A program made the position numbers and the translations under genes. This document shows, piece by piece, positions 23,100-32,589 of a stretch of 38,564 bases of DNA; position 1 is the first letter of the stretch; every line of letters starts with the position of its first letter. Under the pieces are notes generated by a model that ran no database searches, was not told the origin of the DNA, and worked only from the letters and a program-made list of their open reading frames with translations. Origin of the DNA: Candidatus Woesearchaeota archaeon (lineage in GTDB: Archaea; Nanobdellota; Nanobdellia; Pacearchaeales; GW2011-AR1); NCBI GenBank assembly GCA_964485045.1, contig CAZAGO010000004.1, forward strand, positions 1 through 38,564, given 5' to 3'.

Positions 23100-23801
23100 A
23101 TGGAAGAAAGAAAATTAGTTCAATTAAAGAAAGAAGAATTTGCTATTAGAGAAGAAATTAAGAAATCCCTTGGTAAAGGAAAAATAAGTAAGGTTAGAAT
23201 AGAGTATACTCCTATTGGAGAAAAAATAGTTATCTCTACCCATAAACCAGGTTTAGTAATTGGAAGAAAAGGAGAAAAAATAATTGAACTTACAGAAATT
23301 TTAAGAAAAAAATTCAAATTTGAAAACCCTCATATAGAAATAGAAGAAATAATGCAACCAGAATTAGACTCTCAAATAATGGCAGATGATATTGCCCTTA
23401 GCCTTGAAAAATTTGGCCCAATAAAATTCAAAGTTATTGCATATAAAACTCTCCAAAGAATAGTTCGTTCAGGCGCACTTGGAGTTGAAATAAGACTAAA
23501 TGGAAAATTGCCTAGTTCAAGAGCAAAATCCTGGAGATTTGCCCAAGGATATTTAAAAAAAGTTGGAGACAGTGCAAAAGTTGTAGATAAAGCTCAATCA
23601 ATAGCTCAAACTAAACCTGGAGTTATTGGAGTAAAGGTAAGCATACTTTCACCTCACGAAAAAATGCTTGATAATATTAAAATAGACGAAGAAGCAATAG
23701 AAAAAATAAAAAAGAGTGAGATAGACTTTGAAGAATTAAATAAAAAACCTATAAAAAAAGTAAGAGAAAAATCAAATGACAAAAAAAGCAAAAGAGATTA
23801 A
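23100..23801 (+). CDS. rps3: 30S ribosomal protein uS3
   Basis: KH-domain region PGLVIGRKGEKIIELTEIL and GALGVEIRLNGKLPSSRAKSWRF. Confidence 0.95.
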   Translation: MEERKLVQLKKEEFAIREEIKKSLGKGKISKVRIEYTPIGEKIVISTHKPGLVIGRKGEKIIELTEILRKKFKFENPHIEIEEIMQPELDSQIMADDIALSLEKFGPIKFKVIAYKTLQRIVRSGALGVEIRLNGKLPSSRAKSWRFAQGYLKKVGDSAKVVDKAQSIAQTKPGVIGVKVSILSPHEKMLDNIKIDEEAIEKIKKSEIDFEELNKKPIKKVREKSNDKKSKRD

Positions 23802-23982
23802 ACAAATAAGTAAGGAAGAAAGAGAAAAGAAATTGAAAGATTTAAAAGCAGAATTAATCAAAGCAAGAGTTAGTGGCTCTAAAACAGGAAGTTCAAAGAT
23901 AAAAGAAATAAAGAAAATGATTGCTCGAATACTCACACTCAAACAAGACAATGGATATATGCCCAAAATGTGGCTTGCCTAA
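23776..23982 (+). CDS. rpl29: 50S ribosomal protein uL29
   Basis: ISKEEREKKLKDLKAELIKAR...IKEIKKMIARILT. Position after S3. Confidence 0.88.
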   Translation: MTKKAKEIKQISKEEREKKLKDLKAELIKARVSGSKTGSSKIKEIKKMIARILTLKQDNGYMPKMWLA

Positions 23983-24247
23983 GCAAGCGTGTGTATGTGA
24001 ACAGATTGCAAAGAGTTCGCAGAGAATACAAGTAACAACAGAGAAGAAGAAATACGGAAAAATAGCGACGATGATTTCCGGATTTGGAAGTGGGATAGAT
24101 GGAAAAAAAATCGCAAAAGCTCTAAAAAATGAGCTTGCCTGTGGAGGAACCTATAAAGATAAGACAATCGAACTCCAAGGAGATCACCAAAAGAAAGCAA
24201 AAGAAATTTTGAGAAAACTTGGTTTTCAAGAAGATTCGATTGATTAA
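23951..24247 (+). CDS. eif1: translation initiation factor aIF1 (SUI1)
   Basis: ATG start gives MDICPKCGLPKQACVCE (zinc knuckle) followed by the SUI1 fold IQVTTEKKKYGKIATMISGF...ACGGTYKDKTIELQGDH. Confidence 0.88.
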   Translation: MDICPKCGLPKQACVCEQIAKSSQRIQVTTEKKKYGKIATMISGFGSGIDGKKIAKALKNELACGGTYKDKTIELQGDHQKKAKEILRKLGFQEDSID

Positions 24248-24258
24248 AAAACAAAAAA

Positions 24259-24648
24259 ATGGAAAAGAAAACAAAAAAAGAAAATTCACCCAAAAGTAAA
24301 AAGGGTAAAGAAAAGCAAAAAATAGAAGAAACAAAAATAGTGTCAACTTTATGCCAAGATAAAGATTGTCCTATTCATGGAAATCTTAGTGTAAGAGGAA
24401 GAATCTTTGAAGGAAGAATCATCAAAAAATTTTCAAAAAGAATAGTTATAGAATTTGAAAGAATGATATATGTTAGAAAATATGAAAGATATGCTAAATC
24501 TAGAACAAAAATACACGCAAGAATGCCTTTCTGTTTTCAAAATGAAATCGGTGTTGGTGATTTAGTAAGAGTAGGAGAATGCAGACCACTTAGCAAGATA
24601 ACACATTTTGTAGTAATTAAAAAAATAAAGTCAAAAGAAGAAAAATGA
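24259..24648 (+). CDS. rps17: 30S ribosomal protein uS17 with a Lys-rich N-terminal extension
   Basis: CQDKDCPIHGNLSVRGRIFEGRIIKK...GDLVRVGECRPLSK. Confidence 0.93.
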   Translation: MEKKTKKENSPKSKKGKEKQKIEETKIVSTLCQDKDCPIHGNLSVRGRIFEGRIIKKFSKRIVIEFERMIYVRKYERYAKSRTKIHARMPFCFQNEIGVGDLVRVGECRPLSKITHFVVIKKIKSKEEK

Positions 24649-24694
24649 AAATAAAAATAGAATTGTTAACTATTCCTTATAGGAGGATTACCAA

Positions 24695-25096
24695 ATGAAA
24701 GCTGTAAGCGCAAAAACAACTGCAGGATTAAATATTGGTTCTTATTTAACAGCGTCCGATAATAGCGGTGCAAAAATGGTTAAGATTGTATCTGTAAAAA
24801 AAGGTAAAGGAAAGAAAGGAAAACAAGGATGTGCTAAAATAGCAGATTGGGTTAAAGTAAGTGTAAGAAAAGGAATTCCAGATATGAAAGGAAAGGTTTT
24901 TGATGCAATAATTATAAGACAAAAAAAACAATACCGAAGATTAAATGGAGAAAGAATATCTTTTGAAGATAATGCCGTTGCAGTTCTTAAAGATGATAAA
25001 GGAAATCCAAAAGGAACTCAAATAAAAGGTCCTATTGCAAGGGAGGTAGTTGAGCGATGGCCTAGCGTTGCAAAAATCGCTTCAATCGCTTATTAA
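24695..25096 (+). CDS. rpl14: 50S ribosomal protein uL14
   Basis: LTASDNSGAKMVKIVSV...IIRQKKQYRRLNGERISFEDNAVAVL. GGAGG lies 9 nt upstream of the ATG. Confidence 0.95.
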   Translation: MKAVSAKTTAGLNIGSYLTASDNSGAKMVKIVSVKKGKGKKGKQGCAKIADWVKVSVRKGIPDMKGKVFDAIIIRQKKQYRRLNGERISFEDNAVAVLKDDKGNPKGTQIKGPIAREVVERWPSVAKIASIAY

Positions 25097-25097
25097 A

Positions 25098-25526
25098 ATG
25101 AAAACAATTTTTTCAAAAAACTGGAAAGCAAGTAAACAACCGAGAAAGCAAAGGAAATACATAGCAAAAGCTCCTTTAAGTATAAGAAAAAAATTTCTTT
25201 GTTCAAATCTCTCCAAAGAACTTAGAACAAAATATGAAAAGAGAAACCTGCCTTTAAGGAAAGGAGATACTGTAAAAATAATGAAAGGAAATTTCAAAAA
25301 AAGAACTGGAAAAATAACTGAAATTTATTTGAAAAATTCTAAGGTGGTTATAGAGGGAATCCAAATTAAAAAACAAGACGGATCGAAAGCGAATATTAAA
25401 ATGCATCCTTCAAATCTTCAAATAATAGAACTAAATATTGAAGATAGAAAAAGAAAAAATGCTCTAGAGAAAAAAACACAAAGAGATAAAAAGACACAAA
25501 ATGACGAAGGAGTAAAGAAAAAATGA
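25098..25526 (+). CDS. rpl24: 50S ribosomal protein uL24
   Basis: The ATG 1 nt after the rpl14 stop gives MKTIFSKNWKASKQPRKQRKY. KOW motif LRKGDTVKIMKGNFKKRTGKITEI. Confidence 0.92.
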   Translation: MKTIFSKNWKASKQPRKQRKYIAKAPLSIRKKFLCSNLSKELRTKYEKRNLPLRKGDTVKIMKGNFKKRTGKITEIYLKNSKVVIEGIQIKKQDGSKANIKMHPSNLQIIELNIEDRKRKNALEKKTQRDKKTQNDEGVKKK

Positions 25527-26176
25527 GTTATTTAAAAAGACAAAAAATGCCAAAGAGCTGGCCTATTCCAAGAAAAGGAACAGCTTATGTAGTATCACCT
25601 AGTTCAGGATTAAGCAAAGGTATCCCTCTTTTAATAATCCTAAGAGATATTTTGAAAATAACAAAAGATAGAAAAGAAACAAAAAAAGCAATTAAATCCA
25701 AAAAAATAATGCTTAATAAAAAAGAAATCTTTGAAGAGAGAAGTTTAGTTAATTTATTTGATGTAATTTCTATTCTCCCTTCAAAAAAGAATTATAGACT
25801 AATTTTATCTGAGAAAGGAAAATTTTCCGTAGAAGAAATAAGTGAAGAAGATTCTATTAAAAAAACTTCTAAAATAATAAATAAAAAGAAAATAAAAGAT
25901 GGAAAAATACAAATAAATTTGATTGATGGAAGGAATATTCTTTCTGATTTAAAAACAAAGGTAAACGATTCAGTTGTTTTTTTATTTGAAAAAAGAAAAA
26001 TAGAAAAAATTCTTCCATTAAAAGAAGGAGCAAGCGTTCTTATTTTTGCAGGAAAACATATTGGAGAAAAGGGAAAGATTAAAAGTATAGATAATGAGAA
26101 AAAAATGGTAGAAATTGAGCTTGATGGAAAACCAACTAAGGTTTTAATTAAACAATTGATTGTGGTTGAAGAATGA
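25523..26176 (+). CDS. rps4e: 30S ribosomal protein eS4
   Basis: LKRQKMPKSWPIPRKGTAYVVSP and a C-terminal KOW-like FAGKHIGEKGKIKSI. Confidence 0.93.
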   Translation: MSYLKRQKMPKSWPIPRKGTAYVVSPSSGLSKGIPLLIILRDILKITKDRKETKKAIKSKKIMLNKKEIFEERSLVNLFDVISILPSKKNYRLILSEKGKFSVEEISEEDSIKKTSKIINKKKIKDGKIQINLIDGRNILSDLKTKVNDSVVFLFEKRKIEKILPLKEGASVLIFAGKHIGEKGKIKSIDNEKKMVEIELDGKPTKVLIKQLIVVEE

Positions 26177-26673
26177 AACAAAACATAATGGAAAAAATAA
26201 AGTTAGAAAAGATTATTTTAGGTGTAGGAGGAACAGGAGAAGTATTAGAAAAAGGAATTAAAATAATTGAAAGAATCACTTTAAAAAAAGCATCAAGAAG
26301 AAAATCAAAGAAAAGAATACCTACTCTTGGAGTAAGGCCTGGACTTGAAATCGGTGCTATGATAACTATAAGAAAAAATCCAGAAGAAATGCTTAAAAGA
26401 CTTTTAGTTGCAAAAGAAAATACTTTAAAAATAAAACAAGCTAGCGAAAATACCTTGTCTTTTGGAATAAAAGAATATATAGAAATTCCTGGAATGGAAT
26501 ATCAAAGAGATATAGGAATAGTTGGCTTTGACGTTACAATCACTCTTAAAAGAGCAGGAAAGAGGACTGGATTAAAAAAAGTTGGCAGAGGAAAAAAATC
26601 CACAAGACAAATAATTTCAAAAGAAGAAGTAATTAAATTCATGGAGGAAAACTTTCAAACAAAGTTTATTTAA
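26173..26673 (+). CDS. rpl5: 50S ribosomal protein uL5
   Basis: FGIKEYIEIPGMEYQRDIGIVGFDVTITL. Confidence 0.93.
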   Translation: MKQNIMEKIKLEKIILGVGGTGEVLEKGIKIIERITLKKASRRKSKKRIPTLGVRPGLEIGAMITIRKNPEEMLKRLLVAKENTLKIKQASENTLSFGIKEYIEIPGMEYQRDIGIVGFDVTITLKRAGKRTGLKKVGRGKKSTRQIISKEEVIKFMEENFQTKFI

Positions 26674-26674
26674 T

Positions 26675-26905
26675 ATGGGCGCAAGTGATTGGAGAAAAAT
26701 ATTGAAACAGCTTGAAAGAAAGCCAGCTGTAAAAAATAAGTTCATAAAACACTGCAAGCCAAAAGAAAGAAAGACAGGTATAGCTGTAAAAAAGTGCGAA
26801 AGATGTGGAAGATTTGGAGCACATATAAGCTCATATGGATTAAATTTATGCCGACACTGTTTCAGAGAAATCGCTACAGAAATCGGATTCAAAAAATATA
26901 GTTAG
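26675..26905 (+). CDS. rps14: 30S ribosomal protein uS14 (zinc type) with N-terminal extension
   Basis: CERCGRFGAHISSYGLNLCRHCFRE. Confidence 0.9.
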   Translation: MGASDWRKILKQLERKPAVKNKFIKHCKPKERKTGIAVKKCERCGRFGAHISSYGLNLCRHCFREIATEIGFKKYS

Positions 26906-26913
26906 GAGAAAAA

Positions 26914-27294
26914 ATGTCACAAGATATCGTTGCCGATGCATTAAATATGATGAAGAATTCCAAGAAAGCTGGAAAAGAAGAAGTAAAAATAAAAAGAATT
27001 TCAAATTTATTGATAGAAGTTTTAAAAATAATGAAACAAAAAGGAGCAATAAAAAAATATAAAATAAATACTAAAGAAAAATCTATCGAGATCACAATTG
27101 GAGAATTATGGGAATGTAAAGCGATAAAGCCAAGATTTACTGTTGATAAAAATACAATAGATAAGTACCGAAGAAGATATCTTCCATCTAGAAATTTTGG
27201 AACAATCATAATCTCCACAAATAAAGGTTTAATGACTCATGAGGAAGCCGAAGGAGAAAAAATAGGAGGATGCTTAATTGCATATTTCTATTAA
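26914..27294 (+). CDS. rps8: 30S ribosomal protein uS8
   Basis: DIVADALNMMKNSKKAGKEEV...GTIIISTNKGLMTHEEA. Confidence 0.94.
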   Translation: MSQDIVADALNMMKNSKKAGKEEVKIKRISNLLIEVLKIMKQKGAIKKYKINTKEKSIEITIGELWECKAIKPRFTVDKNTIDKYRRRYLPSRNFGTIIISTNKGLMTHEEAEGEKIGGCLIAYFY

Positions 27295-27295
27295 G

Positions 27296-27841
27296 ATGAA
27301 AAGAGAAATTTTACAAGAGATAGAAATTCCAGAGGGAACAAATATAACTATTGATAATGGGGAAGTAGGAGTTAAGGGGCCAAAAGGAGAGATTAAAAGA
27401 AAATTTAATCTTTATAAGATTTTTTTAGAAAAAAAAGAAGGAAAGATTTTAATTGGAAATAAAAATTCTACTAAAAATGAAAAAAGAAAAATAAACACAA
27501 CTGCAGCACACATAAGAAATATGATTAAAGGAGTTAATGAAGAATTTGAATATAAATTAAAAGTATGCTTTAGTCATTTTCCAGCGACGCTAGAACTAAA
27601 CGGAAATAAAGCAACAATAAAAAATTTTCTTGGAGAAAAAGTTCCAAGAGTATTTGAATTTTCAAAAGAAGGAGTCAATGTTAAAAACGATGGAGGAATT
27701 ATCACAATTTCTTCTTGTGATTTAGAACTTGCTGGAAGAACCGCTGCAAAATTTGAATCAATAACAAGAATAAGTAAAAGGGATAGAAGAGTATTCCAAG
27801 ACGGAATATTCATAACACACAAGCCAGGGAGAGAAATATAA
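27296..27841 (+). CDS. rpl6: 50S ribosomal protein uL6
   Basis: The ATG 1 nt after the rps8 stop gives MKREILQEIEIPEG...VGVKGPKGEI...AAHIRNMIKGV. Confidence 0.92.
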   Translation: MKREILQEIEIPEGTNITIDNGEVGVKGPKGEIKRKFNLYKIFLEKKEGKILIGNKNSTKNEKRKINTTAAHIRNMIKGVNEEFEYKLKVCFSHFPATLELNGNKATIKNFLGEKVPRVFEFSKEGVNVKNDGGIITISSCDLELAGRTAAKFESITRISKRDRRVFQDGIFITHKPGREI

Positions 27842-28209
27842 TGGTTGAATTTTTGAGAAAAGGTTGGTTTAGATATTCAAAACTTGGAAAGAGAAGAAAA
27901 AATAAGCAAGTTTGGAGAAGACCTTCTGGAAGAGATAATAAAATGAGAGAGAAAAGAAGAGGATATCCTGCAGTAGTTAGCATAGGTTATGGAACTAAAA
28001 AAGAAGAAAAAGGGTTAGTACGAGGAAAAATTCCAGTAAAGATAAACACAATAAAAGATCTAGAAAAAATAGTAAAAGGAAAAATAGGCGTCCTTGGAAG
28101 AGTAGGAAAAAAGAAAAAAATAGAAATTGCTAAAATAGCTAAAGAGAAAAAAATAGAAATATACAACTTAAATCCAAAAAAAATAATAAAAAAGGAAACT
28201 AAAAAATGA
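27841..28209 (+). CDS. rpl32e: 50S ribosomal protein eL32
   Basis: WRRPSGRDNKMREKRRGYPAVVSIGYG. Confidence 0.92.
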   Translation: MVEFLRKGWFRYSKLGKRRKNKQVWRRPSGRDNKMREKRRGYPAVVSIGYGTKKEEKGLVRGKIPVKINTIKDLEKIVKGKIGVLGRVGKKKKIEIAKIAKEKKIEIYNLNPKKIIKKETKK

Positions 28210-28613
28210 ACCTAAATAAGAAAAAAGAATTAGCTGCAAGGGCATTAAAAGTAGGAAAAGAAAGAATATTCTTTTTTCCTTCTAGATTAAGCGAAATAAA
28301 AGAAGCCATGACTAAACAAGATATAAGAGATTTGCATAAAGAAAATGCTATAATTGTAAAAAGTATCAAAGGGAGAAAAAGAAAACCTTCTAAAAAAAGA
28401 AAAAAAGGAGATGGAAATAAAAGAAAACCTATGAAAGATAAAAAGAAAACATACATGGCATTAACTAGAAAGCTTAGAAAGGAATTAAATATTTCAAAAA
28501 AGGCTGGAAAAATTTCAAAAGAAGATTCAAAAGAAATAAGAAAGAAAATAAGAAATAAACAATATAGAAGTAAAGCACATTTTAAAATGCAAGAAGGAGA
28601 ACTAAAAAGATGA
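28206..28613 (+). CDS. rpl19e: 50S ribosomal protein eL19
   Basis: KKKELAARALKVGKERIFF and a basic C-terminal half. Confidence 0.9.
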   Translation: MNLNKKKELAARALKVGKERIFFFPSRLSEIKEAMTKQDIRDLHKENAIIVKSIKGRKRKPSKKRKKGDGNKRKPMKDKKKTYMALTRKLRKELNISKKAGKISKEDSKEIRKKIRNKQYRSKAHFKMQEGELKR

Positions 28614-29101
28614 AAGTTATGAAAAGAAGAAGGATGGAAAATAAAACTGATTATTCTAAAAGATTAAATCTTTTGAAAGGTGGAATTCCTAGGATTGTTT
28701 TCAGAAAAACAAACAAATATATCATTTCACAATATGTCGAGAGTAGTGAAGCACAAGATAGAATAGAAATAGAAGTAAATTCTAAGAAACTTTTAACAAA
28801 AGGTTGGCCAGAAAAATTTAAAGGAAGTTTAAAATCAATTCCTGCATCCTACTTAACAGGATATTCTATGGGTTTAGAAATAAAGAAAAAGAAGAAGAAG
28901 GAACCAATTGTTGATTTAGGAATGATTAGAGTTCTCCACAAATCTAAAGTATATGGTTTTTTAAAGGGATTAAAGGATTCTGGAATAAACATAAAATGTG
29001 ATGAAGAATTTTTTCCAGAAGATGATAAAATAGTAGGAAAAAATCTTAAAGAAGATTTTTCAAAACAATTTAAAGAAATAAAATCAAATTTAGAAAAATG
29101 A
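28610..29101 (+). CDS. rpl18: 50S ribosomal protein uL18
   Basis: RRMENKTDYSKRLNLLKGGIPRIVFRKTNKYIISQ. Confidence 0.92.
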   Translation: MKVMKRRRMENKTDYSKRLNLLKGGIPRIVFRKTNKYIISQYVESSEAQDRIEIEVNSKKLLTKGWPEKFKGSLKSIPASYLTGYSMGLEIKKKKKKEPIVDLGMIRVLHKSKVYGFLKGLKDSGINIKCDEEFFPEDDKIVGKNLKEDFSKQFKEIKSNLEK

Positions 29102-29847
29102 CAAAAATTGAAGGAATAAAAGAAAATAAAATAGAAGAAATCGCAGAGGGAGAAGTTCTTGAGATAATTGAAGAAGAAGTAAAGAAGAAAGAACCGACCC
29201 CAAAAGAAACTGTTTTATCTTCGTGGAATCCTAAGACTAAGCTTGGAAGAGAAGTAAAAGACGGGAAAATAAAAAACATAGATGAAATTCTCGATGGAAA
29301 ACAGAAGATTTTAGAAGAACAGATTGTAGATTCTCTTCTTGATATAAAATCAGATTTAATATCTATAGGACAATCTAAGGGAAAATTTGGAGGAGGAAAA
29401 AGAAGAGCTTGGAGACAAACACAAAGAAAAACTCAAGAGGGAAACGTTCCAACTTTCTCAACCATGGCAGTAATAGGAGATGAGAATGGCCATGTAGGAA
29501 TTGGGGATGGAAAATCAAAAGAGACACTTCCAGCTAGAGATAAGGCTCTAAGAAAAGCAAAATTAAATATAATTAAGGTAAAAAGAACTTGCGCATCATT
29601 TGATTGTGCTTGTTCTGAACCGCACACCGTTCCATTTAAGGTTTCTGGAAAGTCTGGAAGCATAAGAGTTTTTTTAATTCCTGCCCCACAAGGAACAGGA
29701 TTAGTAGTTGCCAATGAATTGAAAAAGGTCTTAAAACTTGCAGGAATAAAAGATGTTTATAGTAAAACATTTGGAAAACAAAGAACATCCTTTAACTTAA
29801 TAAAAGCCTGTATAAATGCATTAAAGGAGACAAACCTTCAAAAATGA
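29098..29847 (+). CDS. rps5: 30S ribosomal protein uS5 with N-terminal acidic/basic extension
   Basis: FSTMAVIGDENGHVGIGDGKSKE...PAPQGTGLVVANELKKVLKLAGIKDV. Confidence 0.94.
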   Translation: MTKIEGIKENKIEEIAEGEVLEIIEEEVKKKEPTPKETVLSSWNPKTKLGREVKDGKIKNIDEILDGKQKILEEQIVDSLLDIKSDLISIGQSKGKFGGGKRRAWRQTQRKTQEGNVPTFSTMAVIGDENGHVGIGDGKSKETLPARDKALRKAKLNIIKVKRTCASFDCACSEPHTVPFKVSGKSGSIRVFLIPAPQGTGLVVANELKKVLKLAGIKDVYSKTFGKQRTSFNLIKACINALKETNLQK

Positions 29848-30269
29848 TAGCGATAATAAGAATAATTGGAGAAGTCGGAGTGAATAGAGATTTAAAAGAA
29901 ACTCTTGATAGATTACGATTGAAAAGAAAATATTCTTGTGTAGTTCTTTCTTCTCCATCTAAACAACATGAGGGAATGATTAAGAAATTAAAAGATTCTG
30001 TTGCTTATGGGGAAATAGATAGTGAAACTTTTGAAAAATTAATTGAAAAAAGAGGAAAACAAATAGACAAAAAAAAGAAAATAGATTCAAAAAAAGTAGT
30101 TGAAGAAATAATGAAAGGAAAAAAATTTGAAGATTTGAACGTGAAACCTTTCTTTAGATTACATCCTGCAAGAGGAGGAATGAATACTAAAAGGCATTTT
30201 GGAAAAGAAAAAGGAGTTCTTGGAAATCATGGAAAAGAAATAAATAAATTATTGGAGAGAATGATATGA
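29844..30269 (+). CDS. rpl30: 50S ribosomal protein uL30
   Basis: IAIIRIIGEVGVNRDLKETLDRLRLKRK. Confidence 0.9.
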   Translation: MIAIIRIIGEVGVNRDLKETLDRLRLKRKYSCVVLSSPSKQHEGMIKKLKDSVAYGEIDSETFEKLIEKRGKQIDKKKKIDSKKVVEEIMKGKKFEDLNVKPFFRLHPARGGMNTKRHFGKEKGVLGNHGKEINKLLERMI

Positions 30270-30757
30270 GAATTAAAAAAAGAAAAAAATCTACAAGAAT
30301 GCATGGAAAAGGCATGGGAACTCACGGAGGAGGAGCGAGGAAAAAAAGAAAAGGATCTGGACATAGAGGTGGAATAGGTATGGCTGGTTCTGGAAAAAGA
30401 GCAGATCAGAAAAAAACGCTAGTCTTAAAATTATACGGAAATAATTATTTTGGAAAACAAGGGATAACGAGTAGAGGAACGAAGAGAGATATAAGAAAAA
30501 GAATAAACCTTAAAGATATTTTTCTTAATATTGAAAGATACAGAAAAAAAGGGCTTGCAAAAGACACTTCGAAAGGAATAGAAATAAACCTGAATAAATA
30601 TAAAATTCTAGGAGATGGAGAGATAAAAGAGAAAATAATAATTCATGCTAAAGAAGCTTCTCTTAGTGCTATTGAAAAAATAAAAAAAGCGGGTGGACAA
30701 ATTCATCTTGAACATCAGAAAGAAGAGAAAGAAATAAAAAAGACTAATAAGCTTTAA
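30266..30757 (+). CDS. rpl15: 50S ribosomal protein uL15
   Basis: RMHGKGMGTHGGGARKKRKGSGHRGGIGMAGSGKRADQK. Confidence 0.93.
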   Translation: MRIKKRKKSTRMHGKGMGTHGGGARKKRKGSGHRGGIGMAGSGKRADQKKTLVLKLYGNNYFGKQGITSRGTKRDIRKRINLKDIFLNIERYRKKGLAKDTSKGIEINLNKYKILGDGEIKEKIIIHAKEASLSAIEKIKKAGGQIHLEHQKEEKEIKKTNKL

Positions 30758-30760
30758 AAA
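30753..30760 (+). promoter_or_regulatory. TATA box (TTTAAAAA) for secY, overlapping the rpl15 stop codon
   Basis: Octamer centre lies 25.5 nt from the secY ATG (30782). Confidence 0.5.
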
Positions 30761-30781
30761 ACCCTTCTTCTATAATGAATA

Positions 30782-32173
30782 ATGGACTTTACAAAGATAT
30801 TCAAATATATTCCAGAGGTTGCAAAACCTGAAGAAAAAAAATTAGGGTTCAATACTAAACTCAAATGGACACTTATTGTTCTAGCTGGTTTTTTTGTACT
30901 TGCGAACGTCCCTCTTTTTGGACTTTCAAATAATGCTCTTGAGAGATTCAAATATCTTGCAATAATTCTCGGAACGGATTTTGGAAGTATAATATCTCTT
31001 GGTATAGGACCAATAGTTATGGCTTCTATTATTCTTCAATTATTAACTTTCTCTGGAATATTTGGAATAGATGTGACAACTGCTGAAGGAAAAAGATTTT
31101 TTCAGGGAATCCAAAAATTATTTGTGTTTTTCTTTATAATATTTGAATCATCAGTCTATGTTTTAATGAAAGGGCTTGAAGCTCTTCCCGGTTTTGCTCC
31201 TTTTTTAATATTTCAATTAATTCTTGGGGGAATTGCAATCTTTTATATGGATGAAGTATGTCAAAAGTGGGGATTCGGTTCTGGAGTAAGCTTATTTATC
31301 GCTGCCGGAGTTAGCTGGAGAATAATTACCAGTGCATTTCAATTTGTAAATGAACAAGGGAAGAATTGTTTATTTGATTTTGAAAACACTGCTTGTGCAG
31401 GAAAGGTTCTTGTAATGATACAAGCAATTTCTAGCAAATACCCTACTGAATTTTTATCTGCTCTTTCAGCTATTTTAGCCACCGCAGTTATATTTTTGAT
31501 TGTTGCTTGGGCCCAATCACTTAAAGTTGAGATTCCTCTTTCATTTGGAAAAATAAGAGGATACGGAATAAAATGGCCACTTTCTTTCTTTTATTCTTCA
31601 GTTATTCCAGTTATACTTACTGCTGCTCTCGTTGCAACTCTTCAATTGTTTGGAGGACTACTACAAAATTGGTTAGGATATGCTACAATTTTAGGAGGAT
31701 TTATAGATGGAAGAGCAGTTTCTGGATTTGCTTTTTGGATTGGAAATGAAAATATTTTGGATATGATTATAAGAGGAAGCTTTTCTTATAAATATATAAT
31801 TCAGGGAATTACTCATGTTCTATTTTTCACTGCTTGTTCTACTCTCTTTGCGATACTCTGGGTAAAAACAGCTGGAATGGATTCAAAAACACAAGCACAT
31901 AAAATTGCCGCATCTGGATTACAGGTTGCAGGATTTAGACAGGATGAAAGAGTTTTAGAAAGTATTTTAGATAGATATATCATGCCTCTAACAGTTATGG
32001 GTGGAGCAGCAATAGGGGTTTTAGCATCCATAACAGACTTGCTTGGTGCACTTGTATCTGGAACTGCAATACTTCTTGTAATAATGATTATGTTCCAATT
32101 CTATCAAAGTATAGGTCAACAGCATCAATTAGATATGGTTCCTGCAATGAAAAAGTTTATGGGAAAAGAATAA
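30782..32173 (+). CDS. secY: preprotein translocase subunit SecY
   Basis: IPEVAKPEEKKLGFNTKLKWT N-terminus and 10 TM segments. Position after rpl15. Confidence 0.95.
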   Translation: MDFTKIFKYIPEVAKPEEKKLGFNTKLKWTLIVLAGFFVLANVPLFGLSNNALERFKYLAIILGTDFGSIISLGIGPIVMASIILQLLTFSGIFGIDVTTAEGKRFFQGIQKLFVFFFIIFESSVYVLMKGLEALPGFAPFLIFQLILGGIAIFYMDEVCQKWGFGSGVSLFIAAGVSWRIITSAFQFVNEQGKNCLFDFENTACAGKVLVMIQAISSKYPTEFLSALSAILATAVIFLIVAWAQSLKVEIPLSFGKIRGYGIKWPLSFFYSSVIPVILTAALVATLQLFGGLLQNWLGYATILGGFIDGRAVSGFAFWIGNENILDMIIRGSFSYKYIIQGITHVLFFTACSTLFAILWVKTAGMDSKTQAHKIAASGLQVAGFRQDERVLESILDRYIMPLTVMGGAAIGVLASITDLLGALVSGTAILLVIMIMFQFYQSIGQQHQLDMVPAMKKFMGKE

Positions 32174-32182
32174 AATTAGAAA

Positions 32183-32584
32183 ATGATAAATGAATTAATA
32201 AATGCAAACCCAAAAGTTGCGGTAATATGCCTCTCTATAGTTGTTACTCTTCTTATGACTTTAGTTACAAAATTCTTTACAGATCAAATAAAGATGAAAG
32301 AATTAAAAGGGAGACAAAAAGAACTTCAAAAAAAATCTAAAGAAGTGAGAGGAGATTTAAAAGAAATGGAAAAAATAAATCAAGAGATACTTACAATTTC
32401 TATGGAGATGATGAAGCACTCTTTCAAACCTCTTTTAATTACAATGATTCCTCTCTTTGTGATTTTTTGGTGGGCAAGGAATAGCTTTGCTTCTACTACT
32501 CTTGCAAGCGCTTGGATTTGGTGGTATATTGGAACTAGCCTTGTATCAAGTATGATATTCAGAAAAATACTAGATGTACACTAA
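32183..32584 (+). CDS. DUF106 / EMC3-TMCO1-like membrane protein (archaeal YidC/Oxa1-like insertase candidate)
   Basis: TM helix, then a Lys/Glu coiled coil (MKELKGRQKELQKKSKE), then MEMMKHSFKPLLITMIPLFVIFWW. Lies at the usual archaeal position downstream of secY. Confidence 0.55.
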   Translation: MINELINANPKVAVICLSIVVTLLMTLVTKFFTDQIKMKELKGRQKELQKKSKEVRGDLKEMEKINQEILTISMEMMKHSFKPLLITMIPLFVIFWWARNSFASTTLASAWIWWYIGTSLVSSMIFRKILDVH

Positions 32585-32589
32585 TTAAA

